Shown here piece after piece: positions 28,982 to 38,746 of a stretch of DNA of 64,000 nucleotides (the first letter of the stretch is position 1; the number at the start of each line of letters is the position of its first letter). The notes under the pieces were generated by a model. That model had not been told where the DNA came from. It saw only the letters and a list, made by a program, of their open reading frames with translations, and ran no database searches. The stretch spans positions 3,456,001-3,520,000 of the forward strand of contig OY761158.1 of assembly GCA_963664405.1 (NCBI GenBank). Direction: 5' to 3'. Both the position numbers and the translations under genes were made by a program. The stretch is from Thermoanaerobaculia bacterium. GTDB lineage: Bacteria > Acidobacteriota > Thermoanaerobaculia > Multivoradales > Multivoraceae.

Positions 28982-30361
28982 GTGGCCCTATCAGAGGCGG
29001 TGAGCTGGTTGCGGAAAAACGGCGTTTTCGTCGTACCGCTCTTCCTGTCCCTCGTCGGCTTGTTGTGGGTCTATGATCTGGCCCTTCGCCCCGGTCTCGG
29101 TCTCTTCCTTTTTCTCGGTGCAGGTCTGAGCTTCGCTCTTGTGCTGGGGCGACTTGGCAATTCCGGCGTTCCGGCCTCGGTGGTGTTAGTTGGCGCTGTC
29201 CTACTTCGTTTGCTCGCGCTTCCTCTCGTTCCCAGCCTGTCCGACGACATCTATCGCTACTTATGGGACGGGAAGATCACGCTTGCTGGTTTTAACCCCT
29301 ATTTCCTCGCTCCCGAAGCAGAGGAGCTGCGTCCTCTGAGGGACTCTCTCTGGCACCAGGTTGCCCATCGCGAGGTGGAGACCGTATACCCACCGTTCGC
29401 TCTGGCGCTGTTCAGTATAGCGACACTCTTCTCCGCGCCGCTTCTGGCGCTCAAATGCATGCTGACCGCTATCGACATCCTGTCTTGTGTTCTGCTTGTC
29501 AGCCTAGTTCGCGCCAGGGGCGATCCGGTTGGTCGCTGCATCGGCTACGCCTGGAACCCGCTGGTGGTCGTGGAGGTGGCTGGCATGGGGCACGTCGATG
29601 CGCTCGGAATCGCGCCTCTCATCGCCGGGGCGCTCCTTCTTGAAAAAGCCAGGGACTCGTCGTTGCCGACAGCGGGTCGCCGAATTGCAGAGAGCGCCGC
29701 AAGCGGCGTGCTCGTCGCTCTCGCGGTGCTATCGAAGTTGGTTCCGCTTCTCCTCCTTCCCGCTTGGTCTCGGCGAACGCCTAGGCGGATATTCATGTTG
29801 ATGGCCTTCACCTTGGTGCTGCTCGCGACAACCCTTCCGTTCGCTTCAGGCTTCCGAGCTCCGCCTGGTCCGGTTACGTACGGTGTCTCCTGGGAGTTCA
29901 ATGGTCCTTTGTTCGAGCCACTGTGGAGGGTCTTCGATGCCCTCTCGGTGGATCGCTGGCTCAAGGGCGGACTCAGTGCGATCGAGCGCCTCCCCGGCCT
30001 CGACGGTGTGCTGGGCCCTCTCTACCCATTCGTTTACTCGCAGTTGCTCGCGAAGCTGCTTCTTCTTGGCGGCTTGGTGGTGGCGGTGGTCGTGTCGTGG
30101 CGTCAAAGGGATGTGGTTGCTGCTGCATTCGTAGTGTTCGCCGGCATGGTCCTATTCTCAGCCACGGTCTATCCCTGGTATCTCATCTGGGTACTGCCTT
30201 GGGCCGCTGCTCTTGGCCGCTGGCCGTGGCTGGTCCTCTCGTCGGTGGCGTGCTTTGTCTATATGCCTGAGCTCCTCGGTATACCCTTGATACCGTGGCC
30301 TTTTCTGCTGATGTGGACACCCTTCGTGGTCGCTCTGAACCTGGAGCGACGTACCGGCTGA
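28982..30361 (+). CDS. GT-C (GT87/DUF2029-like) membrane glycosyltransferase
   Basis: LSDDIYRYLWDG, TVYPP, AWNPL, GHVD and VYPWY motifs; multi-pass. Confidence 0.78.
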   Translation: MALSEAVSWLRKNGVFVVPLFLSLVGLLWVYDLALRPGLGLFLFLGAGLSFALVLGRLGNSGVPASVVLVGAVLLRLLALPLVPSLSDDIYRYLWDGKITLAGFNPYFLAPEAEELRPLRDSLWHQVAHREVETVYPPFALALFSIATLFSAPLLALKCMLTAIDILSCVLLVSLVRARGDPVGRCIGYAWNPLVVVEVAGMGHVDALGIAPLIAGALLLEKARDSSLPTAGRRIAESAASGVLVALAVLSKLVPLLLLPAWSRRTPRRIFMLMAFTLVLLATTLPFASGFRAPPGPVTYGVSWEFNGPLFEPLWRVFDALSVDRWLKGGLSAIERLPGLDGVLGPLYPFVYSQLLAKLLLLGGLVVAVVVSWRQRDVVAAAFVVFAGMVLFSATVYPWYLIWVLPWAAALGRWPWLVLSSVACFVYMPELLGIPLIPWPFLLMWTPFVVALNLERRTG

Positions 30362-31113
30362 CGGTCTCCTACCTTGGTACCGCTTACGGGGGTTGGCAGC
30401 GGCAGCTCAACACCGTCGCCGTCCAACAGTTGGTCGAGGAGTCGCTTGAGCAGGTTGTCGGAGAACCGGTTCGAGTAACAGGTGCCAGTCGCACGGATGC
30501 AGGCGTGCACGCCCGTGGCCAGGAGTTGCACCTGCGCCTCTCCAATCCATGCTCGGTGGGGGCCCTTGTAGGAGGCAGCAATCACTACCTGCCGGCCGAT
30601 ATTCGAGTGATGCGGGCGCAGCGAGTGTGCGATGCGTTCAATGCACGTGCCTGGGCCCTTGCCAAGGAGTATCACTATCGAATGTCTCTGCGGCCCGTGC
30701 TCTCGCCCTTCGAGGCGCCGGCGAGCTTGCGGGTCGGTCGCCATTTCGATGCCCACCGTTTTCGTGCCGGCCTGGCTCTTCTCGAGGGTCGCCATGACTT
30801 TGCGGCATTCGCGCGCAGTGGCGGCGCTCATACCCAGACCTGGAGGCGGGTGTTCTTGGCCCAGCTACTCGAGCAGGGGCCGGACTTGGTCTTCCGCATT
30901 GTCGGCGACGGCTTCCTGCGAGGGATGGTGCGGGCACTAGTTGGAACCTTGTTGTGGGTTGCCCGGGGTAAGATGGAGCTCGGCACTTTCTCGAGCCTCC
31001 TAGCCGCCGGCGCCCGATCCCAAGCGGGCCCCTCGGCTCCGGCGAAGGGACTCACCCTGATCCGGGTGCACTACCCCAACGGAGGTTGGTTCTGGCAAGG
31101 GCCGACGTTGTGA
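30295..31113 (+). CDS. truA: tRNA pseudouridine synthase A (start uncertain)
   Basis: YGGWQRQ, SRTDAGVHARGQ and GFLRGMVR motifs. Confidence 0.93.
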   Translation: MAFSADVDTLRGRSEPGATYRLTVSYLGTAYGGWQRQLNTVAVQQLVEESLEQVVGEPVRVTGASRTDAGVHARGQELHLRLSNPCSVGALVGGSNHYLPADIRVMRAQRVCDAFNARAWALAKEYHYRMSLRPVLSPFEAPASLRVGRHFDAHRFRAGLALLEGRHDFAAFARSGGAHTQTWRRVFLAQLLEQGPDLVFRIVGDGFLRGMVRALVGTLLWVARGKMELGTFSSLLAAGARSQAGPSAPAKGLTLIRVHYPNGGWFWQGPTL

Positions 31114-31133
31114 TACTTTGTCGCGGGTTCGTG

Positions 31134-31937
31134 ATGATCGATCTCTCCTCACTAGCCCTCCCGGGATCGTTCGAGGAGCAGCAACTGCGAGAGCTGGATC
31201 TCCAGCGCTTGCCCAAGCACGTTGCTGTGATCATGGACGGCAACGGGCGTTGGGCACAGGGGCGCGCGAAGCCACGGGTCGAGGGACATCGGGCCGGAGT
31301 AAGGGCAGTGCGAGAGACGGTCGAGACGGCGGCTCGGCTGGAGCTGGAAGTCTTGACCCTGTACGCCTTCTCGGCCGAAAACTGGAAGCGCCCTCGTTTC
31401 GAGGTTTGGACCTTGATGAATCTTCTCAAGGAGTACCTGCGGCGGGAGCGCGACGATCTGGCGGCCCACGATATCCGTCTCAAGATCCTGGGAAGGGTGG
31501 AGGAATTGGACGACTCCGTTCGCCGCGAGATAGACCGCGCTCTCGAGGCGACCGCCCACTGTCAGGGCATGACGCTCAATCTGGCCCTCAACTACTCCGG
31601 ACGAAGCGAGATCGTCGATGCCTGTCGTCGAGTCGTCGCCGACTGGGCGGCTGGTGAGAGTGTCGTGATCGACGAGCCCACACTCAGCCAATATCTCTAC
31701 ACCTCGGGCCAACCCGATCCTGATCTCGTAATCCGCACCTCCGGCGAACTGCGACTGTCCAACTTCTTGTTGTGGCAGATCGCTTACTCGGAGATCCACG
31801 TCACAGATACGCTCTGGCCGGACTTCCAGCCGCGCGATTTTTTCGCTGCGATTCTCGGTTTCCAGCAGCGTGAGCGGCGTTTCGGGGCTGTGTCCGAGCC
31901 CGCGAAAGGCCGGAGCCGGGCGAGACAGAGCGGGTAG
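31134..31937 (+). CDS. uppS: Undecaprenyl diphosphate synthase
   Basis: IMDGNGRWA, FSAENWKRP and RTSGELRLSNFLLWQ motifs. Confidence 0.96.
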   Translation: MIDLSSLALPGSFEEQQLRELDLQRLPKHVAVIMDGNGRWAQGRAKPRVEGHRAGVRAVRETVETAARLELEVLTLYAFSAENWKRPRFEVWTLMNLLKEYLRRERDDLAAHDIRLKILGRVEELDDSVRREIDRALEATAHCQGMTLNLALNYSGRSEIVDACRRVVADWAAGESVVIDEPTLSQYLYTSGQPDPDLVIRTSGELRLSNFLLWQIAYSEIHVTDTLWPDFQPRDFFAAILGFQQRERRFGAVSEPAKGRSRARQSG

Positions 31938-31957
31938 GGGGCGGCTCGCCGCCCTCG

Positions 31958-32767
31958 ATGATGAAGCGTCTGCTTACGGGTTCGGTTGCGGCCCTGGCGG
32001 CTGTAGCTGCGATTCTCCTCTTGGATGGGACCTGGATCTTCGTGATCCTGCTTCTCCTGTTCGAGGGCTCGGCCTGGGAGTTGTCGCGCATCGGCAAGCG
32101 GCTCTATCCAAGAGCACCGATCGAAGTGCTCCTCTTGCTGATCCCGGTCGCTGCATTCTCATGGCTGTCGCCTCCGTCATACTTTCCGGCCCTCCCCTTC
32201 GCGGTCCTCGCCGCCTCTCCTCTGGTGCTTGCCGTCTTGCTCTTGAGCCGTGGGGCGAATCCGACCGAGGCACTCGGAGCCCTCGGCTTTCTCAGTTTCG
32301 GGCTTGTCTACCTCAGTGCTCCATTTTGGTCCTTGTTCGAGCTTCACCGAGCCAGCCCGCGCCTTCTCTTGCTGCTGCTGATCACAGTTTGGGGAAACGA
32401 CGCGGCGGCTTTCTGGGTGGGGTCGGCGGTTGGGCGGCGGAAGCTGGCACCTCGGCTCAGTCCGAACAAGACCTACGAAGGCTCCGTCGCCGGTCTTGTG
32501 GCGGCTGCATTGCTTGCCTTCGCGGGTTTGACCTGGTTGGGAGCGGAGAACCGATGGGAGTTGTGGGCTCTGCTCGTTCTGACGAGCGTCGCGGCGCAGC
32601 TTGGAGATCTCATCGAATCACTGTTGAAGCGGGCGGCCGCGATCAAGGACTCGGGGCGTATTTTGCCCGGACATGGGGGTTTGCTCGATCGTCTGGATGC
32701 AATTATTCTTGCCGCGCCGGTGTTCTATGGCTTGCTCGGTCTCTTTTCCACCGGCGTCGACTTTTGA
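31958..32767 (+). CDS. cdsA: Phosphatidate cytidylyltransferase
   Basis: SPNKTYEG and GDLIESLLKR...KDSG..LPGHGGLLDRLD motifs. Confidence 0.95.
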   Translation: MMKRLLTGSVAALAAVAAILLLDGTWIFVILLLLFEGSAWELSRIGKRLYPRAPIEVLLLLIPVAAFSWLSPPSYFPALPFAVLAASPLVLAVLLLSRGANPTEALGALGFLSFGLVYLSAPFWSLFELHRASPRLLLLLLITVWGNDAAAFWVGSAVGRRKLAPRLSPNKTYEGSVAGLVAAALLAFAGLTWLGAENRWELWALLVLTSVAAQLGDLIESLLKRAAAIKDSGRILPGHGGLLDRLDAIILAAPVFYGLLGLFSTGVDF

Positions 32768-32782
32768 TCTGTACCACCGCCG

Positions 32783-34120
32783 ATGCAGATACTCAGCAAT
32801 ACGCTCGCTTTCATCGTTGCCCTGGGCGTCATCGTATTCGTCCATGAGCTCGGTCACTATCTGGTAGCGAAGGCCTTTGGCGTCAGGGTGCTCACCTTCT
32901 CCCTCGGCTTTGGTCGTAGGCTGTGGGGCTTTCAGCGAGGGGGTACCGAGTACCGAGTGTCCTGGGTCCCTCTCGGGGGATACGTGAACTTCGCTGGACA
33001 GGACCCCGCTGAGCGCAGCACGGACCCCCAGGAGTATCAGAACAGACCGCGCTGGCAGCGAGTTCTCATCCTGCTTGCTGGCCCGCTGATGAACGTCGTT
33101 CTTTCCTTGGTCTTGGTGACCGTGGTGTTCATGACCGGGTATGCCGCTAGAGATGCGGGTGATCTGCCCGCGGTTATCGGGATGGTCGAGCCGGATTCAC
33201 CGGGAGCGACCGCGGGCCTTGAGGCTGGCGACCGGATCGTGAGAATCGAAGGCGACGCGATCGACAGCTGGCAGGACCTGATCCTGGCGATCCTCACCTC
33301 TCCCGAGCGGCCCTTACTCCTGGAGTACGAACGCGCTGGCGAAGCTGAGGAAACCGAGGTGCTGCCGGCGAAGATTCCGCGTGACGAGGTGGGAGAGGCG
33401 GGTATTTATCCGCTGATCCTGGTTGGTGAGGTGGTGGCGGGTAGCGCGGCTGAGGAGGCCGGGATCCGAGTCGATGACGCGATTCTCGCAGTTGATGGTC
33501 AGGCCCTCGCCACATTCGCGGATCTGCGTGAACAGGTAATGGACCGACCGGGCGAGACACTGACCCTGCGTATACTTCGGGGTGACGTTATCCAATCACT
33601 CAGTGTAGTGCCACGCGCGGGGCCTCAGGGGGCGCTGATCGGTGTTGGTCAGCCCTATAAGCGCTACGCGTTGGGTGAGGCCGTCGTGGCGAGCGCCCGA
33701 TTCAACGCTGACCTGACCCGGCAGATCCTCTTTTTGGTCGAGAAGATACTCGAGCGTCGGATCTCGCTGAAGGCCTCGTTGGGCGGTCCGATCGAGATCG
33801 CCAAGGTAAGCGGAGAGGCTGCGCGGCGTAGTTTTCGAGACCTGATGCTTTTCATGTCCTTCGTCAGCATCAACTTGTTCGTCTTCAATCTCTTCCCGAT
33901 TCCGATCCTGGATGGTGGTCAGATCGTGATTCTGTTGGTGGAGAGCACCCTACGCCGAGATCTCTCTGCGGCGCTGAAGGAGAGGATCACCCAAGTCGGC
34001 TTGGTAATGATCGTAATGCTGATGGCGATGGCGTTATACTTCGATTTGTCGAAGAACCTGCCCTCACTTCTCCAGTCAGGGGACGGATCCGGCTCGACAG
34101 ACACTCGCATCACCGACTAG
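32783..34120 (+). CDS. rseP: RIP metalloprotease RseP
   Basis: HELGH, two PDZ-like domains and NLFPIPILDGG. Confidence 0.95.
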   Translation: MQILSNTLAFIVALGVIVFVHELGHYLVAKAFGVRVLTFSLGFGRRLWGFQRGGTEYRVSWVPLGGYVNFAGQDPAERSTDPQEYQNRPRWQRVLILLAGPLMNVVLSLVLVTVVFMTGYAARDAGDLPAVIGMVEPDSPGATAGLEAGDRIVRIEGDAIDSWQDLILAILTSPERPLLLEYERAGEAEETEVLPAKIPRDEVGEAGIYPLILVGEVVAGSAAEEAGIRVDDAILAVDGQALATFADLREQVMDRPGETLTLRILRGDVIQSLSVVPRAGPQGALIGVGQPYKRYALGEAVVASARFNADLTRQILFLVEKILERRISLKASLGGPIEIAKVSGEAARRSFRDLMLFMSFVSINLFVFNLFPIPILDGGQIVILLVESTLRRDLSAALKERITQVGLVMIVMLMAMALYFDLSKNLPSLLQSGDGSGSTDTRITD

Positions 34121-34198
34121 GTCGCGTTCCAGAAGAGACCTGTTCGGCGCTACCTTGGGCGGTGTTCCTCCCCCATTTCGAACAAGGACCGAAAAAAG

Positions 34199-34720
34199 AT
34201 GGCAGAGAGAATCTCAATAGGTGACGCGGCACCGGACTTCGATCTGAGCTCCACCGAGGAGGCGCTGCTGACACTGCGCGACGAGATCCCGCGGGCTACT
34301 GTGCTCGTCTACTTTTTCCTGGACATGTCTTCGGAGCGAGTGAAGCGAGACCTCGCGACCCTGGCGAGTCGTAGCTCCGAGTTGGCGGAGAGCCATGCCA
34401 AGGTCTTGGCGGTCTCTACCGCCAAGATGCCTGTCCTCAAGCAGCTACAAGTCGAACTGAATCTGCCCTTTCCGCTACTTCGAGACGACCGGAGCTTCAG
34501 CAGCGAGTACGGCATCGAGGAGGCTGATGAGGGAGAAGAGGCTTCCCCAGCCCTCTTCTTGATCGACAGCCAACAAGTGATTGCCTGGTTGGCAAACCCG
34601 GTCACTTCTGTGGATGACGCCATGCCCCAGGTATTGAAGTCGCTCCAGGGGCAGGGTTCTCCGACGGGGAACTACCCCAAGAGTGTAATCAACCGGGTCG
34701 TAGATCGTTGGGTGAACTAG
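34199..34720 (+). CDS. AhpC/TSA (BCP-like) fold protein with no cysteine
   Basis: GDAAPDFDL, VLVYFF, LPFPLL.D and FLID motifs; no Cys in 173 aa. Confidence 0.75.
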   Translation: MAERISIGDAAPDFDLSSTEEALLTLRDEIPRATVLVYFFLDMSSERVKRDLATLASRSSELAESHAKVLAVSTAKMPVLKQLQVELNLPFPLLRDDRSFSSEYGIEEADEGEEASPALFLIDSQQVIAWLANPVTSVDDAMPQVLKSLQGQGSPTGNYPKSVINRVVDRWVN

Positions 34721-34787
34721 TGCCCTGGCTCGACGCAGCTCGAGCGGGGGTACCCTGAAAAGAGCACAGCAGGCTCACCCGAAAGTA

Positions 34788-35543
34788 ATGCTGCTTCGAA
34801 TTCTTCGCGGCCTCGGAACCCTGGCTTGGGTTGGGCTCTTGCTTGGGGTGTTTGTTCTCTCCGCAAACTTCTCATTCAGCCGCTTTGTTCGCCGCGGAGA
34901 GGTCACCCTTCCGCAGCTTACCGGCCTGTCGCTCGAGGAAGGCTCGGCTCGGCTGGCGGAGGTAGGAGTCGGCCTGATACGCCGGGAGGAGAGAGATCGC
35001 TTTGATAGCGAAGTGCCGCCGGGAAGAGTCGTCGATCAGATTCCCAAGGGCGGAACGCCCGCGAAAAGGGGGAGCCTGGTCGAGGTTGCGCTTTCCCGGG
35101 GCCGTGAGTTGGTCGAGGTGCCGGATCTCCTCGGTCAGCCCATGCAGACTGTGTTGGTACATCTCAAGGCTTCGAGCCTGACCATGGGTCGAGTTCTTCG
35201 GGTATTCGCGACCAGCGGAGAAGAAGGCAAGGTGGTCCGGCAGCACCCCCTGCCGGGAGCCAAGGTGGACCCGATGACGCCGGTCGTTCTCTTCGTGCGG
35301 GTTGCGGACTCAGACGAGAGTCTTGTAATGCCCGACCTGATCTCTCGAAACTATGAAGTCGTCAGGCACTTCTTCGAGCTTAGGGACTTTCGTGTCGGTA
35401 GTATCAAGTACGAGGCCTATGAGGGGGCGGCCCCAGGGACTGTACTGAGACAGTACCCTCTTCCAGGGCACCGCCTAGGCCACCGTAACGTCATTTCTCT
35501 GGTCGTTTCGGCTGGGGGTCGGTTGGCGGAGAACAACTCATGA
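34788..35543 (+). CDS. Membrane-anchored protein with three PASTA domains
   Basis: N-terminal membrane segment; three P.L.G...V..Q.P repeats; upstream of rpe. Confidence 0.85.
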   Translation: MLLRILRGLGTLAWVGLLLGVFVLSANFSFSRFVRRGEVTLPQLTGLSLEEGSARLAEVGVGLIRREERDRFDSEVPPGRVVDQIPKGGTPAKRGSLVEVALSRGRELVEVPDLLGQPMQTVLVHLKASSLTMGRVLRVFATSGEEGKVVRQHPLPGAKVDPMTPVVLFVRVADSDESLVMPDLISRNYEVVRHFFELRDFRVGSIKYEAYEGAAPGTVLRQYPLPGHRLGHRNVISLVVSAGGRLAENNS

Positions 35544-36196
35544 AGCTCGCTCCTTCGATACTTTCCGCCGACCTGGGCGATCTGGATAGCGCGGTGGCAG
35601 CTGCTGTGGAGGGTGGAGCGGATCTTGTTCATGTCGATGTAATGGACGGTCACTTCGTTCCCAACCTGAGCTTCGGGATTCCGGTCATCCGGGCACTGGC
35701 GCGAAGAACCGATTTACCGCTGGATGTTCATCTGATGGTGGCGAATCCTGAGCGGCTACTCGACCGATACATCGAGGCCGGGTCCTCTTGGCTGTCCGTT
35801 CATTGGGAAGCCTCCGTCCATATCCATGGTCTCTTGTCGCGTATTCGGGAGGGCGGAGCGAAGGCGGGTGTGGCGCTGAACCCGGCCACTCCGGTCGAAG
35901 TGCTCCGAGACATTGTTTCGGAGCTCGACTTCGTTCTCGTCATGTCTGTCAACCCAGGCTTCTCCGGCCAGGCCTTCATTCCGGCGGCCCTCGACAAGGC
36001 ACGTCGTCTCCGGCAGATGGTCGAGGAAAGAGGCTTGGCCGTCGAGATCGAGATGGACGGCGGCATCGGCCCAGACAACATAGCTCGAGTCGTTGAAAGT
36101 GGGGTCGATATCTGCGTCTCTGGATCCGAGGTGTTCGGCCAGCCAGATGCGGCGGCGGCACTTCGCGGCCTGCGTAGCGCCGGAGGTGAGGCGTGA
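35540..36196 (+). CDS. rpe: Ribulose-phosphate 3-epimerase
   Basis: HVDVMDGHFVPN, DVHLM, MSVNPGF and MDGG motifs. Confidence 0.97.
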   Translation: MKLAPSILSADLGDLDSAVAAAVEGGADLVHVDVMDGHFVPNLSFGIPVIRALARRTDLPLDVHLMVANPERLLDRYIEAGSSWLSVHWEASVHIHGLLSRIREGGAKAGVALNPATPVEVLRDIVSELDFVLVMSVNPGFSGQAFIPAALDKARRLRQMVEERGLAVEIEMDGGIGPDNIARVVESGVDICVSGSEVFGQPDAAAALRGLRSAGGEA

Positions 36197-37014
36197 ACGC
36201 TCGGGTTCTTCTTGTGCTGGCCCTGACGTTGGTGGGGTGTTTTGGTGGTCTCGACGACGACCCGATCCTTATGCTCTCCTCGACCGAGGCGCTCGAGGAG
36301 GGGCGTGGGCTGCTCGCCCAGGACAAACCCAAGGAGGCGCGACCCTACTTCCTTCACGCGTTCGAGGTAGAGCCCAACTCCGCGACAGGCCGCGAGGGGC
36401 TTCTGCTCGCTTCGGATTCCTTCTTCAGGTCGGGAGGCGAGGCCAATCTCATCAAAGCAGAGGCCAGGTATCGCGACTTCGTCAATCGATTTCCGACCAG
36501 TGAGCACGCTGCATATGCACAGTTCCAGATCGGGCTCAGTCTGGCTCGTCGGGTGGTCAAACCGGACCGAGACCAGTCGGTGTCCGAACAGGCTCTGGTA
36601 GCTCTCGATGATGTTCGGCGCTTCTATCCGACGAGCACCTATGCTGAACAGGCGACCGTCGAGATGGCTCTCGTTCGGAATCGAATAGCGGAGCATGACT
36701 ACCTGGTAGGTCGCTTTTATATCCGCTTTGGGATGCCCTACTCGGCGATCCAGCGCTTCGAAGGCGTCCTCGAGAACTATGCCGACTACCCTGACCAGGA
36801 CAAGGTCCTCTTCCAGCTGTGTCGCGCCTACTTGAAGCGTGGTGCTCCTGGAGACGCAGCTCTTGCCAGTGGGTATTGCGGTCGCTTGGAGCGTGATTTC
36901 CCGGAGAGCGAATTCGCTGGCAAGATCTCGAAGTTGCCGCCGCTTCCGATCGAGGAGCTTGAAGTCGATGAAGAGGACGATACTTCTTCTGAGTCTACTG
37001 ACACTGGCGTGTAG
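36193..37014 (+). CDS. bamD: Outer membrane assembly lipoprotein BamD
   Basis: Lipobox LVGC; TPR helices; RDQ, FYPTSTYA and AEHDYLVGRFY motifs. Confidence 0.85.
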   Translation: MNARVLLVLALTLVGCFGGLDDDPILMLSSTEALEEGRGLLAQDKPKEARPYFLHAFEVEPNSATGREGLLLASDSFFRSGGEANLIKAEARYRDFVNRFPTSEHAAYAQFQIGLSLARRVVKPDRDQSVSEQALVALDDVRRFYPTSTYAEQATVEMALVRNRIAEHDYLVGRFYIRFGMPYSAIQRFEGVLENYADYPDQDKVLFQLCRAYLKRGAPGDAALASGYCGRLERDFPESEFAGKISKLPPLPIEELEVDEEDDTSSESTDTGV

Positions 37015-37747
37015 CGCGCAGCGCCCGCCACCGCCGGCTCAGGATCTGTCGCAGGCAGTGGAGAGCTTGAAGAGGCGCGTGCTCGAGCTTCAACGCCAGG
37101 CCGCGGTGGATAAGGTCGAGATCGAGCGGCTGCGCCAGAAGGTCGCGGCCCTAGAGTCCCGGTTCGACGCCGCGGCCGTGGCGCTGCGACGCCAAGAGGA
37201 GCAGCCGCGCGGGCTAGACGACGAGCACGTGCCGAGTGCGAACGCCGTGCAGGTGATCGAGGTTGCCGATCTGGAAGAGCCCCTCGAAGAGCTCGAGCCG
37301 CCGGAGGAGTCACCCGTGCCCACACCGAAGTCGGAAAGCCCTTCGGCCCAGGGGGCGCAGGCTCAAGAGGTAACGGCGGCGGCACAAGCACTTTACGATC
37401 AAGGCTACTCGCTATTCCACCAGGGTCGCAGTGTTGACGCCGAGGAGACCTTCGAGCGTTTTCTAAACGCGTTTGGGCGCACGGATCTTGCCGACAATGC
37501 TCAGTTTTGGATCGGCGAGTGCCGCCTCTCTAGAGGCGAGCTGCAATCCGCCCTCTCCGCCTTTCGCGAGACCGTGAGGTCCTACGAGAGCGCCAATAAG
37601 GCGCCAGATGCGCTGCTCAGGGTAGGCGACACGTTGAAGATGATGGGCGATCTCGACGGCGCCAGGCTGAGTTATGAGGAGGTTCAACGCCGGTACCCCG
37701 GGGGCCCCGCAAGTGACCGGGCCGCCTCCTTGCTCGATTCGCTGTGA
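36968..37747 (+). CDS. cpoB: CpoB/YbgF-like coiled-coil TPR lipoprotein
   Basis: Lipobox LAC; coiled coil; LADNAQFWIGE and KAPDALL motifs. Confidence 0.85.
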   Translation: MKRTILLLSLLTLACSAQRPPPPAQDLSQAVESLKRRVLELQRQAAVDKVEIERLRQKVAALESRFDAAAVALRRQEEQPRGLDDEHVPSANAVQVIEVADLEEPLEELEPPEESPVPTPKSESPSAQGAQAQEVTAAAQALYDQGYSLFHQGRSVDAEETFERFLNAFGRTDLADNAQFWIGECRLSRGELQSALSAFRETVRSYESANKAPDALLRVGDTLKMMGDLDGARLSYEEVQRRYPGGPASDRAASLLDSL

Positions 37748-37782
37748 GCTCTCAAGCTCAAGTAGTACTTGAGCTTGAGAGC
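37748..37782. repeat. Perfect inverted repeat with 17-bp arms (operator or terminator candidate)
   Basis: GCTCTCAAGCTCAAGTA-G-TACTTGAGCTTGAGAGC. Confidence 0.85.
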
Positions 37783-37790
37783 CCTAACTC

Positions 37791-37819
37791 TTGACAAAAG
37801 AAGGTGGCGCGACTACTCT
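37791..37819 (+). promoter_or_regulatory. Putative sigma70 promoter of the LysM gene
   Basis: TTGACA-17 bp-TACTCT. Confidence 0.65.
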
Positions 37820-37906
37820 TTGCGGACGGCCCAATAGGCTTGTTTCGATAGGGGTATTCGTATTCCCACGTTGTTCTATCTGAAGACTCGCAAGAGGAGG
37901 CCTCTA

Positions 37907-38668
37907 GTGACTCCAACAAGAACGGTGTTGCTCCTCGCCCTCTTGGCTTCTGTCGCCTACGTTGGCGCACAAACGCCGCCGTCAGATCTCCATCAGGTTG
38001 GAGATCATTGGACCCCCTGGGAGCCTCCCACTTCTTTTCCTGAAGGGGCTGAGGTCTACACGATTGTTCCTGGCGACACATTCTGGGACCTGTCCCAGCG
38101 CTTCCTCGGCGATCCCTACCTCTGGCCTCAGATTTGGGAGCGCAATCGCTACGTTCTGGACGCTCACTGGATTTACCCAGGAGATCCCCTTCTACTGGGC
38201 CTTAGTGTTGCCGAGCCTGAGGAGAGCACTCCGGTCGAGCTCACCGACAATGACGATTCGGGGGGTGAGCCAGAGGAGGAGATGGAAGCGGAAGAGGACG
38301 ATAGCGTCGCGGTGAGCACCGCTCCCTACCCCTTCCGTCAGCTCGGCACCGCGGATGACATCTACTGCAGCGGCTATATTGGAAAGACCGATGAGGTATT
38401 CCCTGTAGAGCTCAAAGGGAGCGAATACGAGCAGCTTGTGCCCCGTGTTAAAGCCGGCCAGCGTCAGAGGATCAACGCCCGCTTCGGGTCCACGGACACG
38501 GTGAAGTACGGTCTGAGCTTCGGTGACATCGTCTACCTGGGCGAGGGCGCGGACGCCGGCCTCCTGCCTGGCGACGTGTTGGTTTCGGTGCAGCCGCAAC
38601 TGTTGGTCCGACATCCCATCAGTAACAAGCCGGTCGGGCGCTTCTACTATTACGAGGGACGAGTCCTG
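37907..38668 (+). pseudogene. LysM domain secreted protein, 5' part, interrupted by the IS30/IS3 composite
   Basis: AGGAGG ribosome-binding site, signal peptide, YTIVPGDTFWDLS...LWPQIW...WIYPG LysM motif; joins 40616 in frame (about 394 aa restored). Confidence 0.85.
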
Positions 38669-38746
38669 CTTGGGTTCAAGGGGTCGTCGCAACGTTGCCT
38701 TGGTGAGCAGAGTGTACAAACTCATCGAAGACTTCGGCAGGGGTTC

